Below, piece by piece: positions 47,459 through 62,933 of a DNA stretch of 64,000 nucleotides. Origin of the DNA: Eledone cirrhosa (Eukaryota); NCBI GenBank assembly GCA_964016885.1, contig OZ024754.1:45260001-45324000 (forward strand), written 5' to 3'. The notes under the pieces were generated by a model. It saw only the letters and a list, made by a program, of their open reading frames with translations. It made no database searches and was not told where the DNA came from. Position 1 is the stretch's first letter. Every line of letters starts with the position of its first letter. The translations under genes were made by a program, and so were the position numbers.

Positions 47459-48280
47459 ATATATATATATATGGATATATATCTTTATTATCTATTTTTT
47501 ATATATATGTGTATGTGTGTATGTGTTGCGCGTGTGTGTGTGTGTGTATATATATCCTTTTATATGTGTATGTGTATGTTCGTGTAAGTGTATGTGTGTG
47601 TATGACTGTATACGTATGTGTGTATGTGTGTATGCGTAAATATCTCTATGTGCGCGTACATGTATGTACGTGTATGTATATCTGTATGTGTATGTACATT
47701 ATATTATATTTATTATATTTTATTGTTTTTATTTTTTTATTTTTCTTAATTTATAGATACATTTATATTAGGCAGTCTGCTCTGACAATCTAATACTGAC
47801 CCCTCCCCCCCCTCCCACCTAATTTCTGTATCTTGATCTTGAAATGTGTGTGCCAGTGTTTTATGTGAGTGACTTAATTTCTATTTGCTTATGATTTTAT
47901 ATCCACATATATAAATGTGAGTGGGGGAGTGTGTGTGTTTGTATGTTCGTGGTTATGTGTATATTTATGCATATACGCGCATGTATGTGTGATTATACTG
48001 ATATGTGTGAGTATGAAAAAAATATATTTATATGCTTGACTCCATAAGTATCATTGCGCATCTTATCAGCGCATTAAGCTTACAGAGATATTAACCTTGA
48101 AATTTTGTGTTTGCATCCATCTTTTTAGTATGCACATACAAATTATACACACATTATTGTAAAATATGTGTAAGGATTTTACATGTATATACACACACCA
48201 AACTGCTTTTAACCCTTTGTGTTTTCATTGGTCAATTTTGAACTGATATTTTGAATTGTTGTTATTATCAATAAATATAC

Positions 48281-48435
48281 TTCATTATTTCTGAAGACGG
48301 CGTATATATGTGTTAGGTATGTATATTTAATCTTGATAATTTGTATAATTTTGTATAATTTTGTACATAGATCTGTTGAATATGCATACCAATTATAACA
48401 CATATATACCCTAGAAACGATCGTTAAATAGTGAA
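48281..48435 (+). ncRNA. Type I hammerhead ribozyme with a 10-bp stem I and a ~115-nt stem II
   Basis: Stem I ttcattattt/aaatagtgaa, CTGAAGA 48291-48297, GAAA 48414-48417, stem III AC-GATC-GT and a GUU triplet (predicted cut after 48425). Confidence 0.8.
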
Positions 48436-48630
48436 CTTTTTTTGTTTAATATAAGGAATTGTTTGTTCATTATTTGTTTAATATTTTATCTTGACTCTGT
48501 ATACCGTTTATCTTTCACCGAAAGTGGATTTTCATTACATCTCTTCTTTCCATGATATCCGGAATACATATACATTGAGTTCTTCATACGGATTGGACAC
48601 TACCGTAAACTCTTGGTAGATTTATCTACA

Positions 48631-49836
<1,206 letters not shown>

Positions 49837-50063
49837 CCTAACAGTGCAGCGAATTATCTCAGTAGAAATAGTTAATTACTTATGTACGCACTGTTACATA
49901 AACGTTTCTGTGAGGGAAATTAATATCCCACTTCATGATTTTTCTGAGGTTAATAATTGTTATCTCGTCTGAAATAAATTAGCTACAAAAGTTAATGGAA
50001 AACTCATCAGGATTATATCTCCGTGTCTCAATTGGAATTGAATTGATTTATTATGAAGCGTTA

Positions 50064-50254
50064 TGGTGGATTGGCAGTATCGGTAGAGGGTTGGACACTA
50101 TGCTTTGACGCATAGAGTTACGGCCCTTGCCATGTTGAGTTCGAATCCCGCCGAGGTTAACTTTGCCTTTCATCCTTACGGGGTCAATAAAATAAAGTAC
50201 CAGTAATGCACTGGGTCATTGCTGGCCTTGTGCCAAAAAGTAGAAACAGTTATT
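50064..50254 (+). mobile_element. tRNA-derived SINE (main family, well preserved); the central domain resembles the Meta/MESC-type domain
   Basis: A box tggcagtatcggtag, B box gagttcgaatccc, central gcctttcatccttacggggtcaataaaataaagtaccag and 3' ggccttgtgccaaaaagtagaaac-TTA. The domain assignment is from recall, not a search. Confidence 0.85.
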
Positions 50255-50413
50255 GTAAGATCTTCAAAAACAAAATAAATAAGATAGAATATGATAGTTA
50301 TTCTGAGTAAATCTCATGTAAAGTATCAATTCTTACTCTATATCTCTTTCTCATTCTCCCCTCTCTCTTCTCCAGCTCTCTCGCTCTAGTCGCGCCCCGC
50401 TCTCTCTAGTCCA

Positions 50414-50453
<40 letters not shown>

Positions 50454-51017
50454 GTCCATCCCTCTCTCTCTCTCTATAGCTCTCTTTGGAAGAAATCTGC
50501 TGTACTTACGCCAGGAGAGGGATGGGCTTCACCACGCTTAAAATGTCCAAGAAACGACCCATATCTTCACGGCGCCATCCGATTCTAACATCAAGTGCAT
50601 GCACATGTAACTTCATTTAGCTTGGTCACCGCACGTATATTCATGGATCTGTTTACCTTGATCACAAAAATAATTTCCAGAAACGAAGACATGATTTCTC
50701 TACAAGCAAGAGCTAAATATTTCCATATTTATACAAATGAATATATTTATACGACATTTAGTTAAACGGTAGAAATGAATGTACGCTTACATATATATTC
50801 ATAGATACCTACATACAGATATACATATATACATATAGATACATCTATCCAAACATATGGAGGTGAGAGGTGGGTGCAGTTTTAAATTAATAATCTACAC
50901 ACCCACAAACTCACAAACAGATAGTGTATTTCTATTTTTATTATATATCTATATATAATTATATATATATACATTATATACCTACACACATATATACACA
51001 CATATATACATACATAT

Positions 51018-51066
<49 letters not shown>

Positions 51067-51432
51067 CAATAAAATAGTGTCAGAATAATTCATTTTCAGT
51101 TCTATCCGACTAGGCCATTCTTCTCTGTAAGTATAATAAATTCGAGAGCCTAGCGTGTTTCCTTTCTCAGGTATTGGACTAGAATTCCATTGGCTCTGCA
51201 TGGACAAATGTAAGACAGGAACACGGAATTGCTGAATAGAATTACGCACAATGAGATTTTGCTTTGAATGAAGTTTGTTAACGCAAGCTGAAATACTTTC
51301 AGATGCAATCACACGCACATACACGCATACACGTATGCGTCTACATATACCTCATAGATCAATTTATATTGCTACACATACATATATATATACACGTACA
51401 TTTACCCACACACACATATATACATATATATA

Positions 51433-51544
<112 letters not shown>

Positions 51545-52901
51545 GTGAATGTGTACATTGATAAACGGGAATTTGTGTATATCTATATTTTGTTACTTAG
51601 TATTTGTATATAAGGGAAGTAAAAGGCAAAGACATGCAAAAGAAAAGTCATTCACGTGTATAGACGGCTGAATAGAATCTGTTGAAATGTTCCTTCATAT
51701 AGTTAAACAGGAATATATATATTTAAAATAACAGATAACGAGATCATATTTATACGGCGAACTACACAGCCATACTCTCAAATACACACACATATACACT
51801 TAGGTTTATCTCTCTCGTTCTATCTCTCTCTCGATATATATATATGCACGAATATATATACATATGTATGTATCTATATGTTTTAGTAGAGAGTAGGTCT
51901 TCAGGATACTCCCACTTCAGCAATGCTAACTTTAACTCTGAAACATCCTCTAACTAATGAAGCCCAGCCCTTGGCCTTCACCTGGCAGAACTATTTGGAT
52001 CTAACAAGAAGAAAAACAAAGCAAGTTACGGTGTAAAACCAACACATTTACCTCTATCCTAATCACTATAGGGAACTATTTTCTTTGGCTCATTATTTAA
52101 GTATAAACACACACACATATGTATTTCTGTATATTTGTGTGTTCTACTATGGATTGGGTGAATTCTTCTTATTATTTTAATTATAAAGAATCTGGCATCG
52201 CTCTCAATTATACCTGTCACAGAATTGACAAAAGTCCGAAATATTTTTCTTCAACAAACAAACACCGCTCGGTGTTTATCAAATTACAGTAATGTAAATA
52301 TATAGATAGAAATCAGTTTGAATTTGATTATCGAAAACGTTCGATTTTATTGGGTGAAAAACAAACTTCTAATTGATCTATTCCAAATAAAGAGTAAACA
52401 ACGAACCTTATATATTTTACAGTTGACTATTTGTAGTTTGACAAATACTAAATATACACTGTTTTAACATTGAGGTGGAGGGAAAGGCTATGATTTCAAA
52501 GCAAGTGAGGATCAATAGATATATTTTGTACACGTAGTGTGAGGGTATGCGAATATGAACCTGGTGGATATAGAAATTATAAAGAAACATGTCGAGAAAT
52601 GTATATATATATATATATTCTAAAGTCTTGATCAGTAAATTATCAATCATACATCGGCTCACAAATTGTTGACTTGTATCAAACTGGAATTATTGCAATA
52701 GCAATATCATCGAAAATAATTACATAGAAAAAGGAGATATAATTTGTCTCAATGAATAATCACAGCAGATATAAAATTCAGTAAATCAAACAATCTACTG
52801 GCTTCACTGTATTCTATTAATGTACAGAGATAATATATAGAGGAAATAGATATTTCATTTATACATATTTGTACAAACATAAATACGCACACTCTCGCAT
52901 A

Positions 52902-52906
<5 letters not shown>

Positions 52907-52953
<47 letters not shown>

Positions 52954-52959
52954 AATATA

Positions 52960-53013
<54 letters not shown>

Positions 53014-53070
53014 AATATATATATGTACATATATATATACATATATATACTGTATATATATATATACTGT

Positions 53071-53119
<49 letters not shown>

Positions 53120-53236
53120 TATATACTGTATATATGTATATATATATATACACATATATATACTGTATATATGTATATATATATATACACATATATATAC
53201 TGTATATATGTATATATATATATACACATATATATA

Positions 53237-53291
<55 letters not shown>

Positions 53292-53833
53292 CATATATTT
53301 ACTGTATATATGTATATATATATACATATATATACATATATATACTGTATATATATATATATATACATATATATACATATATTTACTGTATATATATATA
53401 TATATATACATATATATACATATATTTACTGTATATATATATATATATATACATATATATACATATATATACTGTATATATATATATATATACATATATA
53501 TACATATATTTACTGTATATATATATATATATATACATATATATACATATATTTACTGTATATATATATATATATATACATATATATACATATATATACA
53601 TATATATACTGTATATATATACATATATATACATATATATATACATATACATATATATACATATATATACATATATACATATATATACTGTATATATATA
53701 TATACATATATATACATATATACATATATATACTGTATATATATATACATATATATACATATATACATATATATACTGTATATATATATATATACATATA
53801 TATACTGTATATATATATATATACATATACATA

Positions 53834-53896
<63 letters not shown>

Positions 53897-54133
53897 CATA
53901 TATATACATATATATACATATATATATACATATATACATATATATACTGTATATATATATATATATATATACATATATATACATATATATACATATATAT
54001 ACATATATATACATATATATACATATACATATATATACATATATATACATATATATACATATATATACATATATATACATACATATACATATATACATAT
54101 ATATACTGTATATATATATACACATATATATAT
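52907..54133. repeat. ~1.2-kb (TA)n array with CTG and CA interruptions
   Basis: Read directly. Confidence 0.9.
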
Positions 54134-54206
54134 GTAACAAAGGAAATGTGGTAAGAAACCAGATGGACCATAACGCACCAGAGTACTCAATACTTAGAGT
54201 AGTAGT

Positions 54207-54209
<3 letters not shown>
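54134..54209 (-). mobile_element. Family D PLE tail fragment
   Basis: Minus strand ctactctaagtattgagtactctggtgcgttatggtccatctggtttcttaccacatttcctttgtt matches 33673-33738. Confidence 0.8.
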
Positions 54210-54263
<54 letters not shown>

Positions 54264-54268
<5 letters not shown>

Positions 54269-54421
54269 TATGTGAGAGTGTGCGTATTTATGTTTGTACA
54301 AATATGTATAAATGAAATATCTATTTTCTCTATATATTATCTCTGTACATTAATAGAATACAGCGAAGCCAGTAGATTGTTTGATTTACTGAATTTTATA
54401 TCTGCTGTGATTATTCATTGA

Positions 54422-54425
<4 letters not shown>
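54264..54425 (-). repeat. Inverted duplicate of unique flank 52745-52906
   Basis: 162-bp reverse-complement match with 3 visible mismatches, bounded by (TA)n on both sides. Confidence 0.9.
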
Positions 54426-54511
<86 letters not shown>

Positions 54512-56275
54512 CATCTGTTTAAAATGGTTTAACCACTGTCAGATAGAAAATACTCAATGGAAAATCAATACAGGTAAAGAAAGTGTTTAATATTTGACGA
54601 AACCAATATTTACAAAACAGTTTAATTATAACGAAAATAAGTAAATATTGTCAGTCATTTTCATTCACAGACTCTCCCAGAGGTTGTCAGTGGTTATAAA
54701 ACAAACGATCATCAATGTTGATTTCTTCACAAAAGACATATTTTAAACACTATTTACATAATAGATGTCATTTACGAAGATGATAATTGAATAAAATATA
54801 CTCTATTTAAATCACATACATACTGCCTCATATATATGTATCGATATATAATATATATATCTATATATTTACATATGTATATATATGTATCTATATATAA
54901 TATATATATATATGTATATATTTACATATGTATATATATATATTTGTTAATTTGTTTTTATATAATGTCGCTGGGATATAACGTTTGCATAGGGTATTTC
55001 AAAGACGAAGGAAAGAAAGAAAAGTGAGCTTCGGTATTTTTTATTATTAAATATGTTTTTCGCCCTTATGGGGTCGATAAAATAACCACTAAGCCTGGTG
55101 TAGAATTAATTGACTTTCCCATTCCTTTGTTTTTTGTCTATCAAATACTAACTTTGCCTATGTGCGTTTTTTTAAAAATAATAAATTGTAGGGTTAAAAT
55201 ACTTCTTATATTGTTGGAAATATAAAACAGTTATTTACATATATGGTTAAGAAGAGAACAATTCACATCGACGTAAAATCAACCGCTGAAATGCAGGCAT
55301 TTAATTTGATGCCATACGCACAATGTTTCACTTCACAAACTAACTTAACACCAGTATAGTCCCGTAGACTCTGCTGAAGCAGAAGAAGACATGACAGATT
55401 TAAACCTAGTAAACAATAATTTCTTGTGGCGAGAGTTATAAGTGAGTGACAAATATTTCGAAAGAATTCCATGAAAAGGGAGAGATGTTTCCCGTTTGGT
55501 TTTCTTTTTGGTAGGGGTTGTTTATATTCTTTAATAATCAGCGAAATTTTTACACTTGTGCATAAACACACATTTGCTCTCTCCCCCTCTCTCCCTTTCT
55601 TTCTCACTCTCTGTCTAATTATCACACACACGTACTCACGTACACACTCACTCAATCACACACCCACACCCACACACACACATACACACGCCCATATCCT
55701 CTTACGGGTTTCAAATGTAGTGCGTCCATTATTGGATATTTCCATCCTTCAGGGGTTTAGTCAAGTCTCAAGGAATAAATATCTAAATAATACTCAATAT
55801 CTGTAATTTTAATTCAAATATAGCTCGACACCATTCTCTGTTTCTTATGGTGCACCAACGACAAAATGGAATTATGGTGCTTATATATTTCTATGATTGA
55901 TATAGAAAACGTGAAAGGATACTACAAAGTAATTCCCTTAACATTCATATTGCAACAGGTTACGTACATTCTAAACTGTGATTGGCCTGATGAAAATATG
56001 TAAACATCATCACTGCTTTATTCGAGTTCAGATGGAGGACATAAAAATTGAAATATTTGTGCGAACTTGATGAAGACTAAATTGGTATCCGCGTATAAGT
56101 CGATCACTATCAAATACATTTTGAGAAACCGGGTTAAGTACCCGAAGAATTACACGTGATATTTATATATAATACATATACACATACCAGATACACATAC
56201 ATGCATACACACACTTATGTATGTACGTATGTATGTATGCATGTATGTAGGTATGTATGTTTGTATTATGTATGC

Positions 56276-56308
<33 letters not shown>

Positions 56309-56400
56309 TGTTTGTTTGTATATGTATGTACGTTTGTATGTATGCATATATATATATATATATATGTGTTTGTTTGTATATGTATGTACGTTTGTTTGTA

Positions 56401-56435
<35 letters not shown>

Positions 56436-56468
56436 GTTTGTTTGTATATGTATGTACGTTTGTATGTA

Positions 56469-56522
<54 letters not shown>

Positions 56523-57039
56523 GAGCGAGATGAAGAGTGGGACGGAAGCATGCTCTAAAGGGCGGAGAGAATAGTTAAAGCAGAAAGCCAGTGCTTCCGG
56601 TCGGAATGCCATTTCGAGTTTATAGGTTTTTCTATAAGTTGCCATAATTTCTAGAAATATGTATTGGATTTCCGCCAAGATCCAAGATGTAATATTTGCT
56701 ATGAAGAAATCGGGATGGAGTGAAAGAAGGAACTGGCGGGGCGCTTTAAGATATGGATTTATCATCCAGTTTTTGGTATTGTCAATAGTATTTCTATTAG
56801 TAGATGGCGTTGTAGGGTTTAATACTTTCACTTCAATTGATTTTATTGTGGGATTTATGTACGGTGGTGGTTGTGAAATAGTTGCTACGATTTATATATT
56901 AATGGGTGTCGTAATGTGGTATTATTAGATATTACAATTTAAGCCGAATTTCAGTTTTGATCGAGTAAATATATATGCAAATTCATTTCAGCTTTGAGAA
57001 TACATCCTCCTTATTTTAATATTTCCATGGTTATCTGCA

Positions 57040-57364
57040 GGATTGCATTATGCCGACAACATGCTTCGCGGCATAGAGTTAAGGCCCTTTACGTTCATAT
57101 TCCCTATGGATCTTTTTTTTTTGTATCTCGTTAATTAAATAAATATTTCGTATTTCCCGGTTATAATTTTATAATTTCTATTGCAAAGGGCGGTGGATTG
57201 GCATAATCGGTTGAGCGTCGGACAACATGTTTAGGGGCATAGAGTTACGGCCCTTAACGTTCTTAGTTCAAATCCCACCGAAGTTAGCTTTGCCTTTCAT
57301 CCTTACAGAGTCGATAAATAAAGCACCAGTGACAGCGTTGTGCCTAAAGTAGCAACACTTATTA
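57040..57364 (+). mobile_element. SINE fragment (57040-57095) and SINE copy (57189-57364)
   Basis: Match to the main SINE family (gttcaaatccc, gcctttcatcctt, ttgtgcctaaagtag). Confidence 0.8.
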
Positions 57365-58448
57365 ATGTTCTTTCGTTACTTTTCAATGTAAATTGAAGGA
57401 AAATTGACTGCTATTTCTAGCATTCAGGTAGAAGTAGCCTTATTGGGGAAAAATGAGATTTAGCGGCACTAGTAGTAGTAGTAGTAGTAGTAGTATAATG
57501 TTGAGTTCGTATTAAATATAACTTTATACACTTAGTTTTTAATTCAGGGAGAGAAAATGTCAAATGGTAATGATGATGATGATGATGATGTTGATGTTGA
57601 TGATGGTGATGATGATGACGTTGATGATGGAGATGATGATGGTGACGATGATGATGTTGATGATGGAGATGATAAACTTATCAACAAATAACATGTTGTA
57701 CATAAATATAGAAAATATAGAAAGGAAGAAGTAGGAGGAGGTGGGGAAAGAAGAGAGAGGGGAATGGGAGAAGGGGGAGCGAAGGGCGAGGAAGAGACAA
57801 AGAAGAAGAAGAAGAAGAAGATGAAGAAATGTATTTATAAGAGAGTTTAAACGTTATAAATAGTTGAACATATACGAAGAATATTCTAAGAAGACTGAAG
57901 GAGTTGGACTAACTTAACGGAAACGAATAAAACATGGAAGAATTCTGGGAAATTAAAGAAAGAAGGAAAGAAAGAAAGAAATAGGAAAAGAGGGGAAGAA
58001 GGAATTAAAGTATGAATCACTCATAAGAATTGACTGTTTCCGAGTATATTTTGGAAATATGAATTCTTTATCAAAAATCGCTTTCTAAATAAATCTCTTT
58101 TTATCAAGATACACACATATATATATATCTATATGTCCGTGTATACATGTGTGCGCATGTCAACATCTCTCTCTCTCTCTCTGTATGTATGTATGTATGT
58201 ATGTATGTATGTATGTATGTATGTATGTATGTATGTATGTATGTATGTATGTATGTATGTATGTATGTATGTATGTATGTATGTATGTATGTATCATTGG
58301 ATATGTAAAGGAAGGGAGGGATGCTGTACATAACATCAGGCATAGTGAAGTACGCACACATACAAAATCACACAAACATAGAAACAAATACTATTACACA
58401 CACACACACGCGCGTATATATGTATATATGCATGTATGCATGTATGCA

Positions 58449-58480
<32 letters not shown>

Positions 58481-61400
58481 CATATACACTCACATATATC
58501 CATACATTTGAGTGTATACCCGGCATAACCGGAAATGTATATATATATATATATGTATATACGTATATATATATGTGTGTATATACGTATATATATATAT
58601 ATGTATATACGTATATATATATATGTGTATATACGTATATATATATGTGTGTATATACGTATATATATATATGTGTGTATATACGTATATGTGTTTGTTT
58701 ATCTCAATGTCTGTTTTACTGTAGATCTATTTATATATTTTCAATTATATAAGTATAATTAAATATTCGTGTTTTCCTAGGTTTAATATTTCCTCTCAAC
58801 GTAAATATTCATACATTTAGAAGTTTCAGCTAAAGAAAGAAATTGATTGAAAAGACGGTAATGAAGACGCACTGAACATCAAATACTGGGCGGGGAGAGA
58901 TTGATATGTCAGACTTCATTCACTCTCTCCCCCTCTCTCTCTCTCTTTCCGTCTACCTGTCTTTGTTTCTCTCTATATATCTCTATCTATCTCTCTATCT
59001 AGCTCTGTTTCTCTTTCTCCTTGCTCCTCTCTCTCTGTCTCTCTCTCTTTCTTTCTTTCTTTCTCTTTCAGTCATTCCCTCTGTCTCTCTCCAGGTCTCT
59101 CTCTGTCTCTCTCTCTTCCTCTATCTCTCTCCCTCTTTCTCAGTATATTTATTTGTTTATAAGAGATATATCAAAAATCAATGTCACGGTGTTCAGCTGA
59201 TTTAAATGTGTATAATTAATTACTCTGTATTTTAACGGATATGTATTTGGTATTTTTAGCAAAAAATGCAAATATAGATAGTTTTTCTTTATTAACATCT
59301 TTTTATCTCTTTTGTTTGATGTCTCGTTTAGTTTCGTTTCTTGCTGGTTCAAATTCTTCTACAGTTAATGGCAACCAATACAGATCCTTTTTTTTTTATT
59401 TTAACAAAACCAAAAATTAAAAACATACTTTCCTTAAATCTACATTGCAAAACTTGTTCTGACTTTTAAGAGACTAGCATAAATTTCAAGAGAGTTGTGT
59501 CTGTTACATCTAGCGAGACTAACAACTACATAGATGTCAATTCATCAAATCTATTTACATATCATAGATAGTGAACACAATCTAGTGAAAACGATCTAGG
59601 AAGAATGAAGTTCAAATAAGATGTGATCATGATTTGAACTCAGGATATAATAGGTAGGGACAAGTGCCGCAAGGCATTTCTTTGACTCACCGATGATACT
59701 GCTAAATCTATAGTTTCTTGAAAACCGAAAAGTATTAGCTTCACCTATAACTTACATCCTTCAGTAATTGGGAAAACAAATACGGAGAACTAATAAGATA
59801 AATATTGGTTTCTAATTCATATTACAAAGAATATTTTATTTCAGTATTTGTCATGGACGATATTAATCTAAGGGAAATCAGCCATATTAACAATTAGATT
59901 TGATTTCCCAGAAGGGCAAGTCCATTTTCTCCACAACCATATGATCTAATATATATATAATTAACTGTCATGTCCCGAGCCAGGACACAGCTGCCATTAC
60001 TAGCCAACAAGAGAGATTCTACGTGACCACGCGATCTGACAGAAATACCTGCCAAATCACATTCAGTTCGAAAATTAGTTCACCCTCCTAAACATACAAA
60101 AGAATGTATTGAATAATTTAGAATAAGAAACCGTAAAATGAAGAGATGGTCTCGTCTGGCAATATTTTATTCATGCATTTATTAATCAGAGTTGATCTTC
60201 GATTAAAGAACAGCAAAGACCCGACCATGAATATGTATCAGTCGCTTGTGTCCTGAGAATTCATTATTCAAGGTAACTACATGACACACCACAACTACTA
60301 GGAAATATTTGCTCGTTATACGAAAGATTATGCGATTATTTACAATTCGTGTTTTGTTTATAAAAAAAAATTCTTATTGAATATGAAAAAAAAAACAATA
60401 TGGGATAAATATAAAAGAGAAAAGACAAACATTGTTTACACACGAACACGTTATGCAGCAGTGAAATGAGCACTCAAAATTATACATGTAAATTGCACTT
60501 TTATCCTATAACTCTACTAATTGATGCATGTATATCATCTCTTACATTTTACTATTAATGATCAGTTTAGCATATAACATTTCGTAAAATACCTTTTTAA
60601 TTAGATAATTAGATAATTCGGATGTTGATTAATCGTAGGTTATTACATATAACTCAAGATTTAATCTGATACATCACCCCACCACTCCCGGAAAAGGAAA
60701 TGATTCTTTCCTATTTTATTCAATTGCAATACATTTCGCTTTCGATTTTGCATTTCAAAACCTAAAACGCGATATATATATAATGTCAAAAAAACTTAAT
60801 TAAAAAATTCACCTCTCTATAAATCCTGACTTCGCTCTTGTTTCAAATCCTCATTTTGATGTGTATCTGACGTGTATCTGTTTAATTAAAACCAGGTGAG
60901 CAAATTTGCCAGTTCATGTCAGCAAACCTAATTCGTCGCAGGAACTGATTCCATTCAATTATACCAACTTGTAAAATATATATATTGAATGATTTCTCCC
61001 TGGGTTTCATCCACGTAGAAAAATAAAAAAATTGTATGTATGACACTGTACTACATCTGACTATAGCTAACATGTGATTATACGACATCAATGCCCACAA
61101 CCACCTTACTCGTTATATAAAATGCTCATTTAAGTGAGTTGCGTTGCATGGATAATGTCAGCGTTTGCATGGAATGAATGGTATTAAGATAGAATTGGCC
61201 ACGTGATTCATAATCTCAATGATACGACGTCAAATAATTTTTAGAGAACTGGATATCAAAACCTAAATAATTAGAAGTAATCATTGCCATGAGAATATCC
61301 AGATTCACCCAGATTGAAGTTCTTTGTAATGGACGGGTATTATGTCTAATTGAGCCACAACATTGTTTTTCTCAATCTTCCAAATACTAAAAAATGGTTG

Positions 61401-61745
61401 AACAATTACATGACATTCAGCTTTATATTATAAAATTATCTGCAACTACTTGATTTAGGGGTTGCAGTAATTCTATTTCCTAATTATAACCACCTCACGT
61501 CGTCGTCGTCGCCGCTGTCGAAGAAAAAGAAGAAAAAGAAGAAAAAGAAGAAAAAGAAACAATACCAGTGATATACCAGGATCAATTCTATAACTTATAC
61601 ACGTAAAATAAATTCCTGTTTCTTGACTTTCTGAAGAATTATCGTAAAATGTCGATGACATCTTCGATTGGATTAGCAGAGTGTATAAAACAGAAACAAG
61701 ATAAAAACAACATAACTACTATATGAGATCGAAACAACATTGAAT

Positions 61746-61819
61746 GGGTGGGAAAGTCTGATACTACGGTGGGTGGGAAAGTCTGATACTTCGGTGGGTG
61801 GGAAAGTCTGATACTACGG
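61746..61819. repeat. Tandem repeat, 3 x 25 bp
   Basis: gggtgggaaagtctgatact(a/t)cggt repeated three times with no spacers. Confidence 0.9.
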
Positions 61820-62806
61820 AGCAATAGAATATCCTGTTGCCATACAAGAGATCGATCCGAATTTGTTTCAAGGAATATTGGAAGCTATGACTCAGCAGCA
61901 ACTTTGTAACTGTGCAGTGATTGTGGCAACTTCTATATTCATTTGACATGATCGAAAGTAATGTTCTTCCAGCGATGTAATTGCTATCTCTTCCCTTATA
62001 GGATACATCTATCTGATACTACTAGAACATTGGATTGCACATTATATGATCATGTATGTACACGTATAGACATATATAAAACCACAAACACACACATATG
62101 TATATGTATGTGTGTGTGTACCGATATATATATGTATATATATGTGTATATTTATGTATATATATAAAGAGAACATATAAAGTTATGCACTGGACCATAC
62201 TACTTCAAATCACCAATATATCTAGATAACTAGACACTTGTGAAAATACATACGTACAAACACGTATATATGGCGGCATACACACATACGCACATATATA
62301 TACATGCATACATGCATAAATAAATACATAAATAAATACATACATTCAAACATACATAGATACATACATAGATTCATACATACATACATACATACATAGA
62401 TTCCTACATACATACATACACACATACACACATACAAACATATATACATAGGCGATCACAAACCGAGCTAGAACGATGTGTCAGTTAATACTAATTACAT
62501 GATTTGACCGCGCAACCTCTATCGACCAAAGATGGCGCCAGTTGTGTTTCCACCAGGAAATGATACGTTAGCAATACCCCCCCCCCCCTGAACAATACCA
62601 GCAACGATAACATAAGAAGAATAACATAAAATCTTAAAATTTACAAAGGCAACTAATAAGAAAGTGGAAGTGAATTTTAGTTTTAAGGAACCAAAACTCA
62701 CAACGCTTGATATACACAGTAAAGAATAATTTAATTTATATATTACCCAGTCTTTTTTCTCTATATATAGGAGGAGGGTGATATTATGAGATAATATATG
62801 TGATTC

Positions 62807-62898
62807 TGTTATATTCGGGGAGGGTCATGTTCTTATAATATTGTGATAATATTGCCAGAATATATAATAAAACACTGTTTGGTCTGGGTTGGTTTTCG

Positions 62899-62901
<3 letters not shown>
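62807..62901 (-). mobile_element. Diverged family A pLTR end fragment
   Basis: tgttatattcggggagggtcat...taatattgccagaat...cactgtttgg...ttggttttcgctt matches 9222-9305. Confidence 0.7.

Positions 62902-62933
<32 letters not shown>

Larger units (their letters stand above)
41212..48630 (+). mobile_element. Naiad-like PLE (family B): inverted segment 41212-44253 (cut by the gap), direct arm 44254-48630 with a ~4.1-kb microsatellite-rich 3' region, hammerhead and tail
   Basis: A ~2.3-kb inverted repeat pairs 41212-43513 with 44254-46578. GIY-YIG coding is present in both arms. The 3' end is nearly identical to the 13547-13890 fragment. Membership of 46579-48280 is inferred from continuity. Confidence 0.8.

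Noticed and set aside
61746-61819. Short direct repeats (also 3671-3847 and 63691-63767) as a CRISPR-like array
   Set aside because: Contiguous tandem units without unique spacers, no cas genes and a eukaryotic context.
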